In this document: positions 48,701 to 62,232 of the stretch, one piece after another
Position numbering within the stretch: position 1 is the stretch's first letter
How the letters are laid out: every line of letters starts with the position of its first letter
Assembly (NCBI GenBank): GCA_002104905.1
Contig: MCFE01000500.1
Span: forward strand, 1,999 to 65,998
Direction: 5' to 3'
From: Basidiobolus meristosporus CBS 931.73
Taxonomy: Eukaryota > Fungi > Basidiobolomycota
Length of the DNA stretch: 64,000 nucleotides
The notes under the pieces: generated by a model
The model's database searches: none
Told to the model about the DNA's origin: nothing
What the model saw: the letters and a program-made list of their open reading frames with translations, nothing else
Program-made: the position numbers and the translations under genes

Positions 48701-50022
48701 CAAGTGTAACTAGGATAATCTCAGAGAATTGCTGGACTCTCTCCCCTGGAGCCTGTTAGACCATTTGAGAGATGAACAATTGACTTAATTGGAAGACTGC
48801 CAACCACCAAGAAATGCAACTATTGGATCCTAGTTGCAATTGGCCATGCCACCAGATGGCCAGTGGCTAGTGCTGTACCAGTAGTTAGTGAACAAGAAGT
48901 TGCAAGCTTCATCCACCCAGAGATCCTAACAGAGCTTGGATGCCATGTGAAAATCTTTTCTGATAGAGGAGCAAGCTTTGTGATATAGTTATTAGAAGCT
49001 CATCTGGAAATGCAGCAGTTCAAACATGTAAGATCTTAGCAGAATACCCTAGAACTAATGAAGTCACTGAGCAGCTTAAAGGATTATTTGGAAAAATGCT
49101 GACCAAGTATGCAAATGGAGCTCTAAGTAGATGGGATGAGTATATCAACCAAGCACTGTTGGCCTGCAGTGTTAGGGTACATAACATTACTTAACATTTA
49201 CTATTTTACTTAGTGTATGGATGTGAACCAAGGATTCCAAGAGATCTCACACAGGCATAACTAACTGACAGCTTGGAGGATGAACTCAGTCAGCCTAGTA
49301 TACACCAACAACTGGAACAAAAATATCAGGAGACACAGGCCAAATTCTCCAAAAGTGCAGCAAAGATGAAGCAGAGATTTTATAAGACTATATCCCCAGA
49401 GGCTTGAGCAGTCTGAGCTTTTTATCACTAAAATAAAATACTTGGAAGATGTTTGGGCCACAATGGACTGGACCACTCAAGGTTAGCAGATAATGTGCAT
49501 TTACAGCTCACTAATTAACAGACTAGCAAGGAAATATCCAAGATGATCTAGTTTACAGTTACAGACTCCAGCTTGCAAGACTTGATGATAATGCTGAACC
49601 ATCAAGATGCTGGTATCACAAGAGAAGAGATTCAGGAGCATCAGTAGGGAAGATTGCTATGATTTGACCCCTGAGTGTCCATGTTAAATCAGCTTTGGCT
49701 CAAATCAATTAGTTTGTATTTATCCTATTAGTATGTCAGTTCTATCTGTCACATCAGTAGTACTGGTCAGCAGATGAATCAGCTGATTGTTATCTAATAG
49801 AAACAAATATATTCAGTAAGATCTAATTGGGCAATGAGGATGCAACCAACTGAGTTATCAGTCACAAACTGCATTAGAAAACACAATTAGTAAGCAATTG
49901 TTTGATCAGAATGTTAAGAAGGAGCTGCAGGAACCTTAGTAAAAATCAGTTCAAGTCTTAGTGAACACATTACTAGCTTACCCCCCCCAATTCCTCTACA
50001 ACTCTTATATCAAGACATAAAA
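45713..50022 (+). mobile_element. Ty3/Gypsy family-A element with the most complete but stop-riddled internal region (gag, PR, RT, RNase H, IN)
   Basis: 5' LTR 45713-46080 plus PBS ttggtagcagc, CFNCNQQAHIAKHC knuckle, IIIDSGV protease, [61 protein letters not shown], and integrase at 48500-49300. 3' LTR about 49655-50022. No TSD found. Confidence 0.8.
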
Positions 50023-50024
50023 GG

Positions 50025-51044
50025 TCCTCTTCACAGTCATTGGTCTTCATTCTGACTGGCTGAGAAATACAGTTGCTTATGTGAGAGTTCCCATCAGCTG
50101 TTGAAACTGAAGTGATTGGTAGGTTTCAAGTTGATACCAGCTTTCAAAGCAAGTTGCTCTGACATATACTCATGCAATGCTCCTGAGTCAATCATGATCT
50201 TGGCAGGTACCCATTGCTGAGTTATAGATAAATGCTCAAATCTATCTCAAGTTTTCAACACAAGTATGTTGCAGGTAGAGATTGTAGAGCTGCCATCATA
50301 GTGGTGGACCTAATCTGGTTGTGGTACCACTGTAAAGCTGCAGCTGCCAAGTAAGAAGCATCAAAATGTAACTTGCTTTCTGGGGCAATTTCATGAGCCT
50401 TAAAAGCTTCTTCAGTTTGACAGAGCTAAATTCCGTGGTTTTCATTGACTCTACCATGCTAACAGTTGAACTGAACACAAAAGTTGCTCTTGACAGGGCT
50501 TTGCTGGTTGTGAGCTATGGTAGTCACTCCTTATTGTTGTTGGCAGAGGATCTGGAGTAGCTGTACTGTTGAATTAGAGTTTGCAGCATAGTATTCTTCC
50601 ATTCCTGGCTTTCCAACATCTTGAGAGAGGCTTTGTCTTTCTTCAGGAGGGAGGTTTCTGGTTATTGCTGCTACCAATGTTACAAGTCTTGTTATAAAGG
50701 TTAGAGAGGAATAGGGAGCTTAGCAAGTATTGTATTCACTAAAGCTTGAACTGCTCTTGATTGAAGTTCCAGCAGCTCCTTTTATACATTAGACCAGAGC
50801 AATTGCTCACTAATTATATTTCTCAATGTAGGTTGTAGATGGAGACTTACTTAAATGCATCATCCTGACCCATTTAGAGCTTATTTGATGTATCTATATC
50901 AGTCTGAGAAGTCTGTACTTATTCATCTGTTGACTAATACCAGCAATCTGATAGATAGTACTGAGATGCAGTTAGGCTGAGCACAAAATAAATTGATTTG
51001 ACTAAAACTGATCTATTCAGTGATTCAAGCATCAGATCACAACA
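50025..51044 (-). mobile_element. Gypsy family-A 5' LTR (50678-51044) with PBS and deleted gag/PR remnant
   Basis: gctgctaccaa (PBS complement) abuts TGTTACAAG at 50678. gag and protease remnants match 44300-44700 and 43250-43320. Confidence 0.75.
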
Positions 51045-51399
51045 GCACAACAGAGTGCCAAAAGATATAGCCAACTGAAAGACCTATCACTACATGCAAT
51101 AGAAGAACTATGATATCTGAATCAACACCTCAGTGTTGCAATTCCTGGTGATAGTCAGTGTTGCTGTACAGTTAGTTTGCTATATCTGATAAAAGCCCAT
51201 TGCTGTTAGAATACTGGACTATATACTGTGTTAAAGCAGCTAAAGGCTTACTTAATCATCTGGAGCTTGCCTCAGTCACTGTAGGACTCAAATACAGTAC
51301 TAAGGTTGCCACTACCATCCAGATCTATGATACTAAGAATATACACCAAAAATCAAGATCAAATTAGACTTTTACCAAACATTATGTATCAACCCGGAA

Positions 51400-53280
51400 A
51401 CTGGTACAGAATACTTCTGACTGTTGAGAAGCTCTAACTTGGAGTTACAGTTGTATTACCTCTATAAGAAAATAAACTCTGAGCCTTCACTGAATTAACA
51501 ATAGCTTAGCAATTTTCACCATTGGTTAAAAAGTGCTCACTATCCAAAACACTTCTCAAGTTGCAACAAGTTGTGTGCCCAAAAACCTTAATATGCTCAA
51601 ACAATGACTTCTGCCAGCACACATTACAATCAACAGCTTTTTAAACAATGTGCAATTGGTTTCAAATCCTCCCATAATTGCTTATGGCTATGCTTGATAT
51701 AATAACCAGCCTTTTTTTCTATTTATTCATGAGCTTAATCCTTGGTGTTATGTCAATCTTTCTCTTGCTAAAGCTAATGACATCTGCCAATATCACAGCC
51801 ATTCTTACTTTAATGTCCAAGAAGCTTTTATGCCAACATCTCTTGCCATTGAAAATGAAAAATTGCTTATTAAAATTACTTCTGCAAGCTATTTGCACAT
51901 GAAAGAATTTGCTCAACAGGCTACCCCATTTTTATGTTATATTTATGAGTTTGAGTATATTACAATTTTGACATCCTAAACATGCATTGTCCCTGTAAAG
52001 GAGAGATTAGATGGGAGGAACTACAAACTTTGGAGTGTCATTATGTAGATGCACATTGAGGAAAGAAAGCTTTGGTATATAGTGACAGAAAAGGAAGTAG
52101 AGTCAAAGAAACATCTAAAGAAGTTGAAATGTCATAAGAAAAGGATATAAATGCCTTCATCACTATGTGTATCTATATGCAAGATTCCTTCATTGGACAA
52201 ATTTGTGCTTCTGATATTGCCCAAACAGTATGGGAGCCCTTGGAGAAGATTATATTTGTGAAGATGGTTCTTCAACATTGCAAAGAAGCTGCAGGATGAC
52301 ATACTCAAACTCATTACCTGAATAGCATCACTTGTAGAAAAATTATATATTATCAATGCTGCTGTTGATATAAACAAGTGTAAACACTACTCCTGTAGGA
52401 AAAACTTATCTGGGAGACAACTCTGCACTAGAAGCGACTACCTGTGGGCCCATACTTCTAAATATAACTGCCCAGGGACTTAAATTTGTTTTTACTATGC
52501 TCAGTTGCACAATTATGAGTGATATTGCACAAAAATTAGCTTTGTGAAATAAAGATCACAGCATATATAAGTTGCAGTACAAGATTACTGAGTCTGAGTG
52601 TGTAAACATTGCTGAAGCAGATGAAACTACCTTGGGATCATGGAGTAGGAGGCCAGGACACATTGAGGAGCACAAAATGTGCTTCTGAGTGAAAAATTAA
52701 CTTGTTTTAGGCCTCAATTGCTCAATTCCAACCTGGCTGCGTCTTTATAGGAGATCTTTATATTGAAAACAAGCTAGGCATTGGTTCAACATCTCAGGAG
52801 GCATTAATATCACCAAGATACTTGTTATTGTTCACTCAAACATATGTGGGCAATAAGAACTCTGTCCTTTGGAACATAGCGATGTTATGTCTTTATTGAT
52901 GGAAAGACAAGATATACACAGGTGTAATTCCTAAAGACAAAGAATGAGGCTGTAGAGACCTTAATGCTCTTCAGGAAAATGGCAAAACACAAACTGGTTC
53001 AGGTCAAAGGTACCTCAAAGTGACAATAAAGGAGCATACTTTTCTTAGGAATTTGCAATGTGCTGCTCTACTACTGGTGTACTCCTACTCACTGCTGTTC
53101 AATATACTCCACAGCAGGTTGGAGTGGCTGAACATCAAATCAAATGATGGTAGACATGAGAAGATGTATGCTACGTGATAAGGGAATGGACCACTCATTC
53201 TGGACTGAATTGGTTGTTACCAAAGTATGCATTAGGAATAGATGTCAAACATCATGACCACATACCTTATGAAGATAATC
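51400..53280 (+). mobile_element. Degenerate Ty1/Copia remnant (LTR end ~51568, gag, integrase)
   Basis: gag start homologous to 58820-58920. Integrase remnants of LRSDNGGEY (ctcaaagtgacaataaaggagcatac) and TPQQNGVAER (actccacagcaggttggagtggctgaa). Confidence 0.65.
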
Positions 53281-53329
53281 TAGTCCCATGGGTGGATAAA
53301 ATCCAGATCATCTATGAAGATCCCTTCAG

Positions 53330-56300
53330 GAGGCCACTATAATACCAGCAGCTTGGAATTGATGACCATCTACACAATCTTGTGACTAAATCACAACAGT
53401 GTTTTGCTAATTCTACCGCTAAATAAAGTTGCTAAAATACCACAGTGCTTGTACAGTGTTTTGCCAAGGATGGCATGGCATTGCTATGGTCTTAGTGCAC
53501 TTTACAACTACTGGAGTGGATCTAACCAGCCAGTAAATTCAATTGCCTTATATGGCATAAATCTTAACAGCGTTTGATGGCCTCCTTGCAAGCCTCGGAT
53601 GGCATTGTCATGGCAGTATGGCAGCCTATAGCTAGCTCATTATAATTCCACAGTGCCAATTTACCAAATGGTATTTTTTTCTACCTGCCGTATTATAGTC
53701 CCCTTTATAGGTGCATTCTGGCTCTTGTTTGTGCAAATTTTGTATTGAATGTTGTAGAACTTGGCTTGTGAACAAGAGAAATCCAGCATACCTTGATAGA
53801 GTTTTCCTAATAAGAATTAGTTGCTTGTTGCACCCAACCCAGCTTTGTATTACTAAAGTGATTACACACACATTAAGGCTGCTTGCTTCTTAATGCCATA
53901 GGCATAGTTGTCTCCATGCAAACATTTGTCCTCAGTATTTTTCAACTCTTCCTGGCTCTCCCCCATGTGCCAACTCATTGCATCTATGACAGACTTTAAG
54001 GTAATATTCTTGATGAGATTGGGATAAGGTAGTACCTGCAACTTGATTTGTCTTTGTATCTCCCCAAACATCCACTCAATAGAAAACTTTCAAAAGGTGA
54101 ATCAAGGTCCAATATTCTTAACACATCAAGCCCAATGGAGTAGCAAATAGATATATTAGCAGCAGAGATCTACACATTCAGCTTTATGTTTGTAGTATGA
54201 TGCTCAAATCCAGTCACAAGCACTTTGCACAGCAGCTGTGTATGCATCAAGTTGGCTTTGGTGATCTGCTTCTAAATAAATATTCCTACAGTGTCCACAT
54301 ATGACTTCCAATGCTTCCAATGCACTCTGGGTAGAAATGGCTTCAGAAGGCAACTATAATGTATGCATAACCAGTTCATCCAGTCCTTGAACTTGTATTG
54401 TTGAATATGTGTATGAATGTTGATTGGAGCCCGTGAGAAGTACTTAGGGTAGCAGAAATTCTGTAATATCTCTCCAATTCTTTAAATTTCTCCAGTATCT
54501 CAAGGGGCGCATTTAGCTTGAAATGCCCCATGTCCAGCTAGGTCATCAGTATAGCAATATTGTTGAAAAACAAATGCACCGCTGCAAGTGGGAAGCTATT
54601 GGTCCATCCAATACCTCTTATATTCAATATCTCAGGCTTTCAATTGTTATGATCTGCCACTTGAATGCTTAAGTTAGATCAGTTTTTGGTCATATCAATT
54701 AGTTAAATGTTTAGCTTATCAGTAAAGCAGTATTATCTATCAAATCAGCAGCATTAGTCAGCAAATGAATCAGCAGATCCTTATCAGACAGAAATAGTTA
54801 TGTTAAGTAGGATCTTATTGGGTGATGATGATGCAATCAAAAGAGTCATCAGCCGCAGCCTACATTAGGAAATACATCTAGTCAGCAATTGATCTGGCAA
54901 AATGTATATACAGAGCTGCTGGAGCCTCAATAAAGATCAGTTCAAGTTTTAGTAAATACAATACTAGCTAAACTCCCTATTCCTCTACAACTATAATACT
55001 AAGACTTGTAACACAGTTAATCTTGTATTCTGGCCAATAGCTTATAGCTTGCAAACCTTGCCGCAATTACATACCAACTACTGTACATTCTCTCTGTGGA
55101 AAGATGCTGATCTTAGTGCTGGTGTTTGGTTACTAATAATATGTGCTTTTATATGACAGCCATTATTGGTATCCTGCTGCAAAGCATACAAAATACATCC
55201 AGCAATGGATACAGGTAGCTATCCATGTTAGAAAGTGATTTAGGTCCAGATACCAGTGAGACTAGCATGGGATTTTGGCCCTGATACAGTAAGATGTGCA
55301 GCAGATTCAGATTGGTGAGAACCAGTGGCCTGCGGGATTTGCTGGTGGAGTACTTGTCTAATAAGAATTCATCAGGTGCTAAGGCAAAGGCATAGTCATA
55401 CATACCTTCATAGTAGCCCTTGCTTCTTAGATGTTTGCAATGTTTGCCATCAAATATATCTCAAATGTTTGCACTTTATTAATACTATGTTTGTTACTTT
55501 GTACTTAGCAATTTCCTTTTATACCAAGTACATGGTAAGTGGCATCCCAGGATGATTTTGGCAAGAAGTAGTGGTAAATCCCCAAAGCCTCCATTACTGA
55601 TATTAGTGGAAACATGCCACTTCTCTAGCCACAGCATCACATCATCCATCAGTAGATGGATTACTGGGCTCACTTGACTCCATCTGTGTTGTCTCATTGC
55701 ATATTGGGATTTTTTCAGGCTCATGCAGGGTCTGTTGTTAAGGAAGATAGGCTCACATTCCATCAATGAGCCTGCTTCTTCAAAGCTATGACTCAGCATG
55801 CCATATTCAGTAGGCTGGGGTGAGCCTAAAGGCATCACAAGCTCTCCTGACTCAGTTTGCGCATGGTGCCAAATACAGCCAGATGCTGTTGTAGAGGTGT
55901 CAAGTGGCTGGCAAGATATTGTAGGTACAGTGGTGAATGGTGAATGGTCAAATATGACTAATGTAGCAAAACGCTGGCTGTGATCCTTGTAACACTTCCT
56001 ATGCTGTTTGCATGCTTCATGGCTGAGATGTTTGCTACAATTGCCACATGGACTTTTCTCTCTTCTCTTACAGTGTTGAATTAAAGTAGGCTTGTCCATG
56101 GGCAAACAGCTTGACACTCAGCAATGTAATGCTATTACATTACTTTTTGTCAATATCATATAAATTCAAGACAGTCTTCTACTTGAGACACTGCACCTAC
56201 ATGAATGTAGGATTCTGTGAAGGCCTGCCATAGTATGCATTATAAATAGAGTTGTGGCACCACATACACACATATTTATAACACCATTTCCCCCTTGGTT

Positions 56301-57060
56301 TGACTCACTTCTATATATGTGCCAAAATAAATAAAGCAAAGTTGTCTGGTTCCTAATTACATTCCATAACTGACAGCAGCAGAAGAACAGCTGGACAACA
56401 GCTTGCTTTGACATTCAGTGCAGCAAGCAGGGCTGCAGACAAAAAAGGCCCTGTGGACAGTGTGCCCACTGTAGCAAATGATGTGGACTCTTCAGGCTCT
56501 CAGTCAAATAGGCAATTGGGAATCTCTGCAGAGCCACAAGCAGACCACATTATTATAGTGGTGGAAGATGTAGCAAAAGCAGTACCTTCAGTTGAAGACC
56601 AGAAAGTGGCTGTCATAACATCACCACCTGTATTAGCAAGTCTCTTTTCCTGTGATATCAATATCTTGATGGTTCAGTATTATCAGCAAGTCTTGCAAGC
56701 TTGAGTCTGTCCCTAGCAAAACATAGATCCCAACTGTCAAAGCTTCTGGTCCCATAGTCTTATGTTGTCAGCTTATACCAAGCATTAATGAGGCAATTAG
56801 GTTCAGTGGCTGATAGGATAAATGCAATGGCCCAGAGAAATCAGCAAATAGTCCAGAAGCAGCATGAGTGGATAAAAGATATAGAGCAATCAATATCCAA
56901 GGTAGAGCAAGCAGTATCTTTGCTGCAAAGAAGGAACTCAAGTAGCTGAATGTCTAAGTCAAGAATTGGGCCATTGCCCAATGTAACAGTCAAGCATGCC
57001 AACACCTTAAGGCTAGTAAACCATGAGACCATCAATAACTCAAGGCCTAGCAGAATGCAC
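53330..57060 (-). mobile_element. EnSpm copy G, degenerate, both termini missing
   Basis: Transposase remnants at 53862-55403 (-), Zn finger RREKSPCGNCSKHLSHEACKQH at 55494-56117 (-), accessory-gene start at about 56330-57000 (+). Confidence 0.8.
54645..55013 (+). mobile_element. Gypsy family-A solo LTR (369 bp) in the EnSpm transposase; TSD CAAT/CAGT
   Basis: TGTTATGATC...CTTGTAACA, with flanks differing by one base. Confidence 0.88.
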
Positions 57061-58530
57061 TGTTGCAATTCAAGAAGTGATTTGGATATAATGAACCTAT
57101 CAAATTATAGTGACAGTAGTTGAACTGTTGTTTATTCATAAAGAGTATAAATATTTTTCCCCTTGTAGAAGTAATACAGCTGTAACACTGCGTAAGAAGG
57201 GTTTCTCAACATTCAGAAGCATTCTGTAACAACTTCAGGGTTAATACATAATATTTGGTAAAATGTGTTAATTTGATCTTCACTATAGAGGGACAATCAT
57301 AGGATCATAGAGGAGAAGAAACTGGCAAAGTTGGGGCTGCAAATTAGTCCTACAGTGGCCAGGACTAGTCTACAATTGTTAAGTAACTTTTAAGCTGCTG
57401 AATGGTACCAAATAGTCCAATATTTCAACACTCCCCCTCAACCAAATAATTTCTTAATCCTAATTCCTTTCTAAAATTCTCAAATTGTGGTCAAACTACT
57501 GAGTTTGTCAATATATCTGCTACCATTTTGTCAGTTGGACAGTAAACTAACTCTAATAAGGCATTTTTTCAGCTTCCCTCACAAGGTGGTGTTGTATATC
57601 AATGTGCCTAAATCTGGTATGAATATCAGGATTTCTAGCTATTGAAATACAACTTTGATTATCTTTGTAAGTATATGTTGGTTCATCTGAATTAAAGCCA
57701 AAGTCTTTGAATAATTTCTGTATCCATATGGCTTCCTCAGTGGATTGGCAAGCAGCCATATATTCAGCTTCAGTTGTAGATAGGACCACAGGTGGTTGTG
57801 TCTTGCAATTCCAAGAAATAGCTGCACCAGCATAAAGAAATACATACCCAATGATACAGCATCTGTCAATCAGATCTCTACCCCTCCATTGTCCCTTCAA
57901 AGTATCTTCAGTTTACACTAATTTTGTGTTTCTGCCATGTTCTTGAAGTGTTTAGACATATCTAAAGCCTCATCCTTTGTTTTGAGGAAGTATACCCATG
58001 TATATCTTGTCTTGTAATCAATAAATGGCATAAAGCAGTGTTCTCATGGGCCCACATATGTCTGCATGTACAATAGCCAATATTTTGGTGATGTTGTTGC
58101 CTCCTGAGCTCCTAAAACATTCCCCAGCCTGTTTGCCATATGAAAATTTTTTACAGATATTCAATTTGATTAGAATTGAGTAAATTAGGCCTAAAACAGG
58201 CTGATTTTCCCCCAGTTGGCTCATTTTCTATTCCCAATGTGTCCTAGCCTTTGATGCATATCTCCCAGTGGTTTCATCAGCTTCAGCAATGTTGGCATAC
58301 TCAGTTACAATGATATTGCACTGTATCTGATTATATAGTCATCTCTAATTCCCAAAGCTAATTTTGTCCATTTTCACTCAATATTGAGCAGTTCAACTTA
58401 GTAAAAACAAATTTCAGTCCCTGAGCTGTTGCTTTACTGCCTGAGAGTAGGTTTTTAACTATTTCAGGTACATTGAGTACTTTTCCAGTTTTTTCAGCTC
58501 CATGATCCTGTGATTATTCCCCTATAGCCA
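57061..58530 (-). mobile_element. Internally deleted Ty1/Copia (3' LTR 57061-57430, PPT, RNase H, GAG-pre-integrase remnant)
   Basis: PPT complement ctccccctcaa at 57431. RNase H ISWNCKTQPPVVLSTTEAEYMA..IYKDNQSCISIARNP..HIDIQHHLVRE at 57553-57900, and IVHADICGPM at 58018-58224. Confidence 0.85.
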
Positions 58531-58539
58531 GGATTAAAT

Positions 58540-59800
58540 TAACACATTTTACCAAATATTATGTACTGACCCTGAAACTGTTACAGAATGCTCCTGAATG
58601 TTAGGAAATGTTCCTTGCGCAGTGTCCATGCTGTGTTACTTCTAAAAAGGTATAAATACTGATGCTCTTTATGAATAAACAACAGTTCAACTAGTATTAC
58701 TATATCTTGACAAGTTCCTATATCCAAGTCACTTCTTGAATTGCAACAGGCTATAAGCTCTGATTGCCTTAGCCTATTCTAAAGATGACTTCTACCAGCA
58801 AACAGAATAATACAAACATTATCCCAGTAAAGGAGAGGATTGATGGGAAGACCTACAGACTTTGGAGAATCAAGATGCATTTCCACCTTGAGGAAAGAAA
58901 GCTTTGGAATAGAGTAACAGGAAAAGAAGCTGAGCCTAAAGGTAGAGCAGAAGAAGTGGAGAAGCCTCCAGAGACGGAGAGAAAGGTATTTAATGCTCTA
59001 TGTATTAATGTGCAAGATTCCTTCATTGGACAAATCCATGCTGCAAATACTGCCAAAGCAGCATGGGAATTCTTAGTGAAGATCTTTAGAGCAAAGTCAG
59101 TTTCAAACAAGCCTTATCTAAAAAACAAGTTCTTCAACATGAGGAAGAAGCCAGATGATGACTTGCTACAACTCATCACTAGGATGGAGACACTTGCAGT
59201 AAAGCTTTACAGTATTAATGCTGGTCTATATAACTAAATAAGAGTGATATCTCAGTGGCTACAATAGCAAAACTGACTGATGTACTCTATGTATTTTCAA
59301 TAGCTAAGAACCTACTCTCAGTCAGTCAAGCAACTGCTCAGGTACTGAAATTTGTTTTTACTAAGCTGAACTGCTTAATATTGAGTGAAAATGGACAAAA
59401 TTAGCTTTGGGAATCAGTGATGACAATAAAAACAATTGCAATGCAAGAACATTGTATTGGAGTATGCCTACATTGATGATGCAACTACTGGGAGACATGC
59501 ATAGGGGGCTAGGACACACTGGGAATAGAAGATGAGCCCATTGGGGGAAAATCAGCCTGTTTTAGGCCTAATTTACTCAATTCTAATCAAAATGAATATC
59601 TGTAAGGAATTTTCATATGGCAAACAGGCTAGGCAATGTTTCAGGAGCTGAGGAGGCATCAACACCGCCAAAATATTGGCTATTGTACACTCATACATAT
59701 GTGGGCCCATGAGAACACTGCCCTTTGGAGCCAAGAGATAGTTTATCACATTTATTGGTGACAAGACAAGATATACAAAGGTATACTTCCTCAAAACTAA
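58540..59800 (+). mobile_element. Internally deleted Ty1/Copia (partial 5' LTR ending 58748, PBS, gag 58785-59237, pre-integrase remnant)
   Basis: The LTR is the reverse complement of 57061-57270. gag IDGKTYRLWRIKMHFHLEERKLW..AKAAWEFLVKIF..YLKNKFFNMR is of Retrotran_gag_2 type. Confidence 0.85.
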
Positions 59801-60482
59801 GATTGATACTCTATTGCCCAATTGCCAATTAGACTGAGCTATACAAGTCTCTATATATAACACTAACATGAGGTGTAGCCATACACTCAGCAAGTAAATC
59901 CACCTAAATCCACCATTCAATAAGTATTTCTTGTTGTAAAAACACATAGTTCAACCTTAAGATTGATGTCACTTGCTCACTTAGATTAATAACTACCAGT
60001 CTTAGAGATTGCTGACCAAATTCCTTATTGGGACTTACTTATAATATTTTCACCAAAATATCAGGTATGCAGAACATAACAATTAGATAAGTTGTCCAAG
60101 TACCCCATGCTTTGCACACATGCTCCTGGGACCTTCCTAAGCCTATTTATGTGCTTGCCATGCTAAGACCTTGCAACAGAATACAAACTGCTGTTACACT
60201 CAATAGTTCATTAAGTGAAAGCTACATAATCAACTTGTTCTCTGAATCATCTCAAAAGTCCCCAAGACTCTTACAACCAGTTATTAACCCCAAGCTGTTA
60301 CACTCTTTGATGTCTACAGATGCTGTTGCTGGAATATTTCCTTCTGCTGAAAAGTTGGATGGATCTAACTACCAAGTAGGGATGGTGAAGATGCCCTAAG
60401 AAAAAAAATAAGAAAAGGCCAGTAAAATACCATTATAATATCAGCTGAATATCACATTTTTCAAGATAGACAATTCTCAATA

Positions 60483-62232
60483 CCCTATGAAAAATAATTT
60501 GGTCCCGCAGGTGGATCCAATCCAGATCATTGGTCAAGATCCCGTTCAGAGACGGTCATAATAACAGCAGCTTGGAACTAGTGACCCTCCTGACAATCTT
60601 ATAATGAGATCATAACGGTGTTTTGCAAATTTTACAGCCAAATAATGGGATAAAACTTGACAATTTTTGATCAGTGCTGTAACAATATTTGCATGTTATT
60701 GTTGCGGTCTTTCAACACACTATTACTATTTTGAGTGGATCTAGTTGGCCAGGACTTCCAATTGCCTTATATGGCAAGAAACTTGACGGTATTTTGATAG
60801 CCTCACAGCAAGACTCTGATGGCTTTTTTTTGGCAGTATGACGGCCTGCCACTGGTTATGTATAATGCTACCGTACCAATTTACCAAATGGTATTTCCCT
60901 TTTCTACCTCCCCTGGTGCAATTCATATATTCCACTGTAGAATCACCTTTGTTTATTTGCTTACCCACTACTACCTTGGGTATTCCACATATAGTTCAAA
61001 TCAAAAAAAAACTATGGCCTCCTGCTTACTAACCTCTACAAATGCGCACACCTGTTGCAATTGACATACTTCTATCACCTCAACTTTACGGCTTTTTAGT
61101 GTGATACTTGCAAACTTGCTACATACCTTGTACTGCTGGTAGCATATACATCTTGCAAACATATGCTTGGTTGTTGCCACTTCTGCTATGAATACCTCCT
61201 GAATATTGGCAAAGAACATCTTGGTATTTAGCCAATATATTCCTTCTTCCTGCTGGATTCTAGTCCCCCTTATAGGTGCACTCTGGCTTTTGCTTGTGTG
61301 AATTCCGTATTGAATGGTGTAGAAGTTGGCTTGTGACCACAAGAAATATGGCATATCTTGGTGGAGTTTTCCTTATAAAAATTTGCTGCTTGTTGAACCC
61401 AACCCAACTTTGCATTACTTAACTGATTACCCATGCATTGGGGCTGCTTAACTTCTTAATGCCATAGGCATAGGTGTCTCCATGTGCACATTTGTTGTCA
61501 GTATTTTCCAACTCTTTCTGGCTGTCCTCCATATGCCCACTCATTACATCCATGACGGACTTGAAGGTAATATTCTCGATGAGATTGGGACATGGTAATA
61601 CCTGCAACTTGACTTGTCTTCCTATCTCCACACACATCTGCTCCATAGGAAACTCTCAAAAGGTGAAGCAAGGCCCAATATTCTCCACACACCATGCAAG
61701 ATGGAGTAGTGAATGGATGCAGTAGCGGCAGAGATCTATGTGTTCAGCTTTATGTTTGTAGTATAGCCACTCAAATCCCATCACAAACTCCTCACACAAC
61801 AGCTGTAGATGCGTCAAGTTGGCATTGGTGATCCGCTTCTGGATAAATATTCCTACAATGTCCACATATGACTCCCAATGCTTCCAATGTACTCTTGGTA
61901 GGAATGGCTTCAGAACACCACTTGAATAAATACATATCCGGTTCATCCATTCTTTGCATTTGTATTGTTGCCTATGTGTATGAATATTAATTGGAGCCCA
62001 TGAGAAGTACTTAGGGTAGCAGATACTCTGTAATATCTTGCCAATTTTTCAAATCTCTCCGGTATCTCAAAGGGCTCATTTAGCTTGAAATGCCCCATGT
62101 ACAACTTGGTTATCAGTATAGGGATATTGTTGAAAAGCAAATGCATTGCTCCCAGTGGAAAGCTTTTGCTCCAACAGATACCCTCTATCATAAGTATCTC
62201 CGGTTTCCAATTGATTCCATATTCCGGCCAAT
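60483..62232 (-). mobile_element. EnSpm copy H: right terminus and transposase 3' half, interrupted by the second PHIS element
   Basis: ccctatgaaaaataatttggtcc at 60483, and ORFs 61419-62359 (HWKHWESYVDIVG, HSLLHLAWCVENIGP). Confidence 0.85.
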
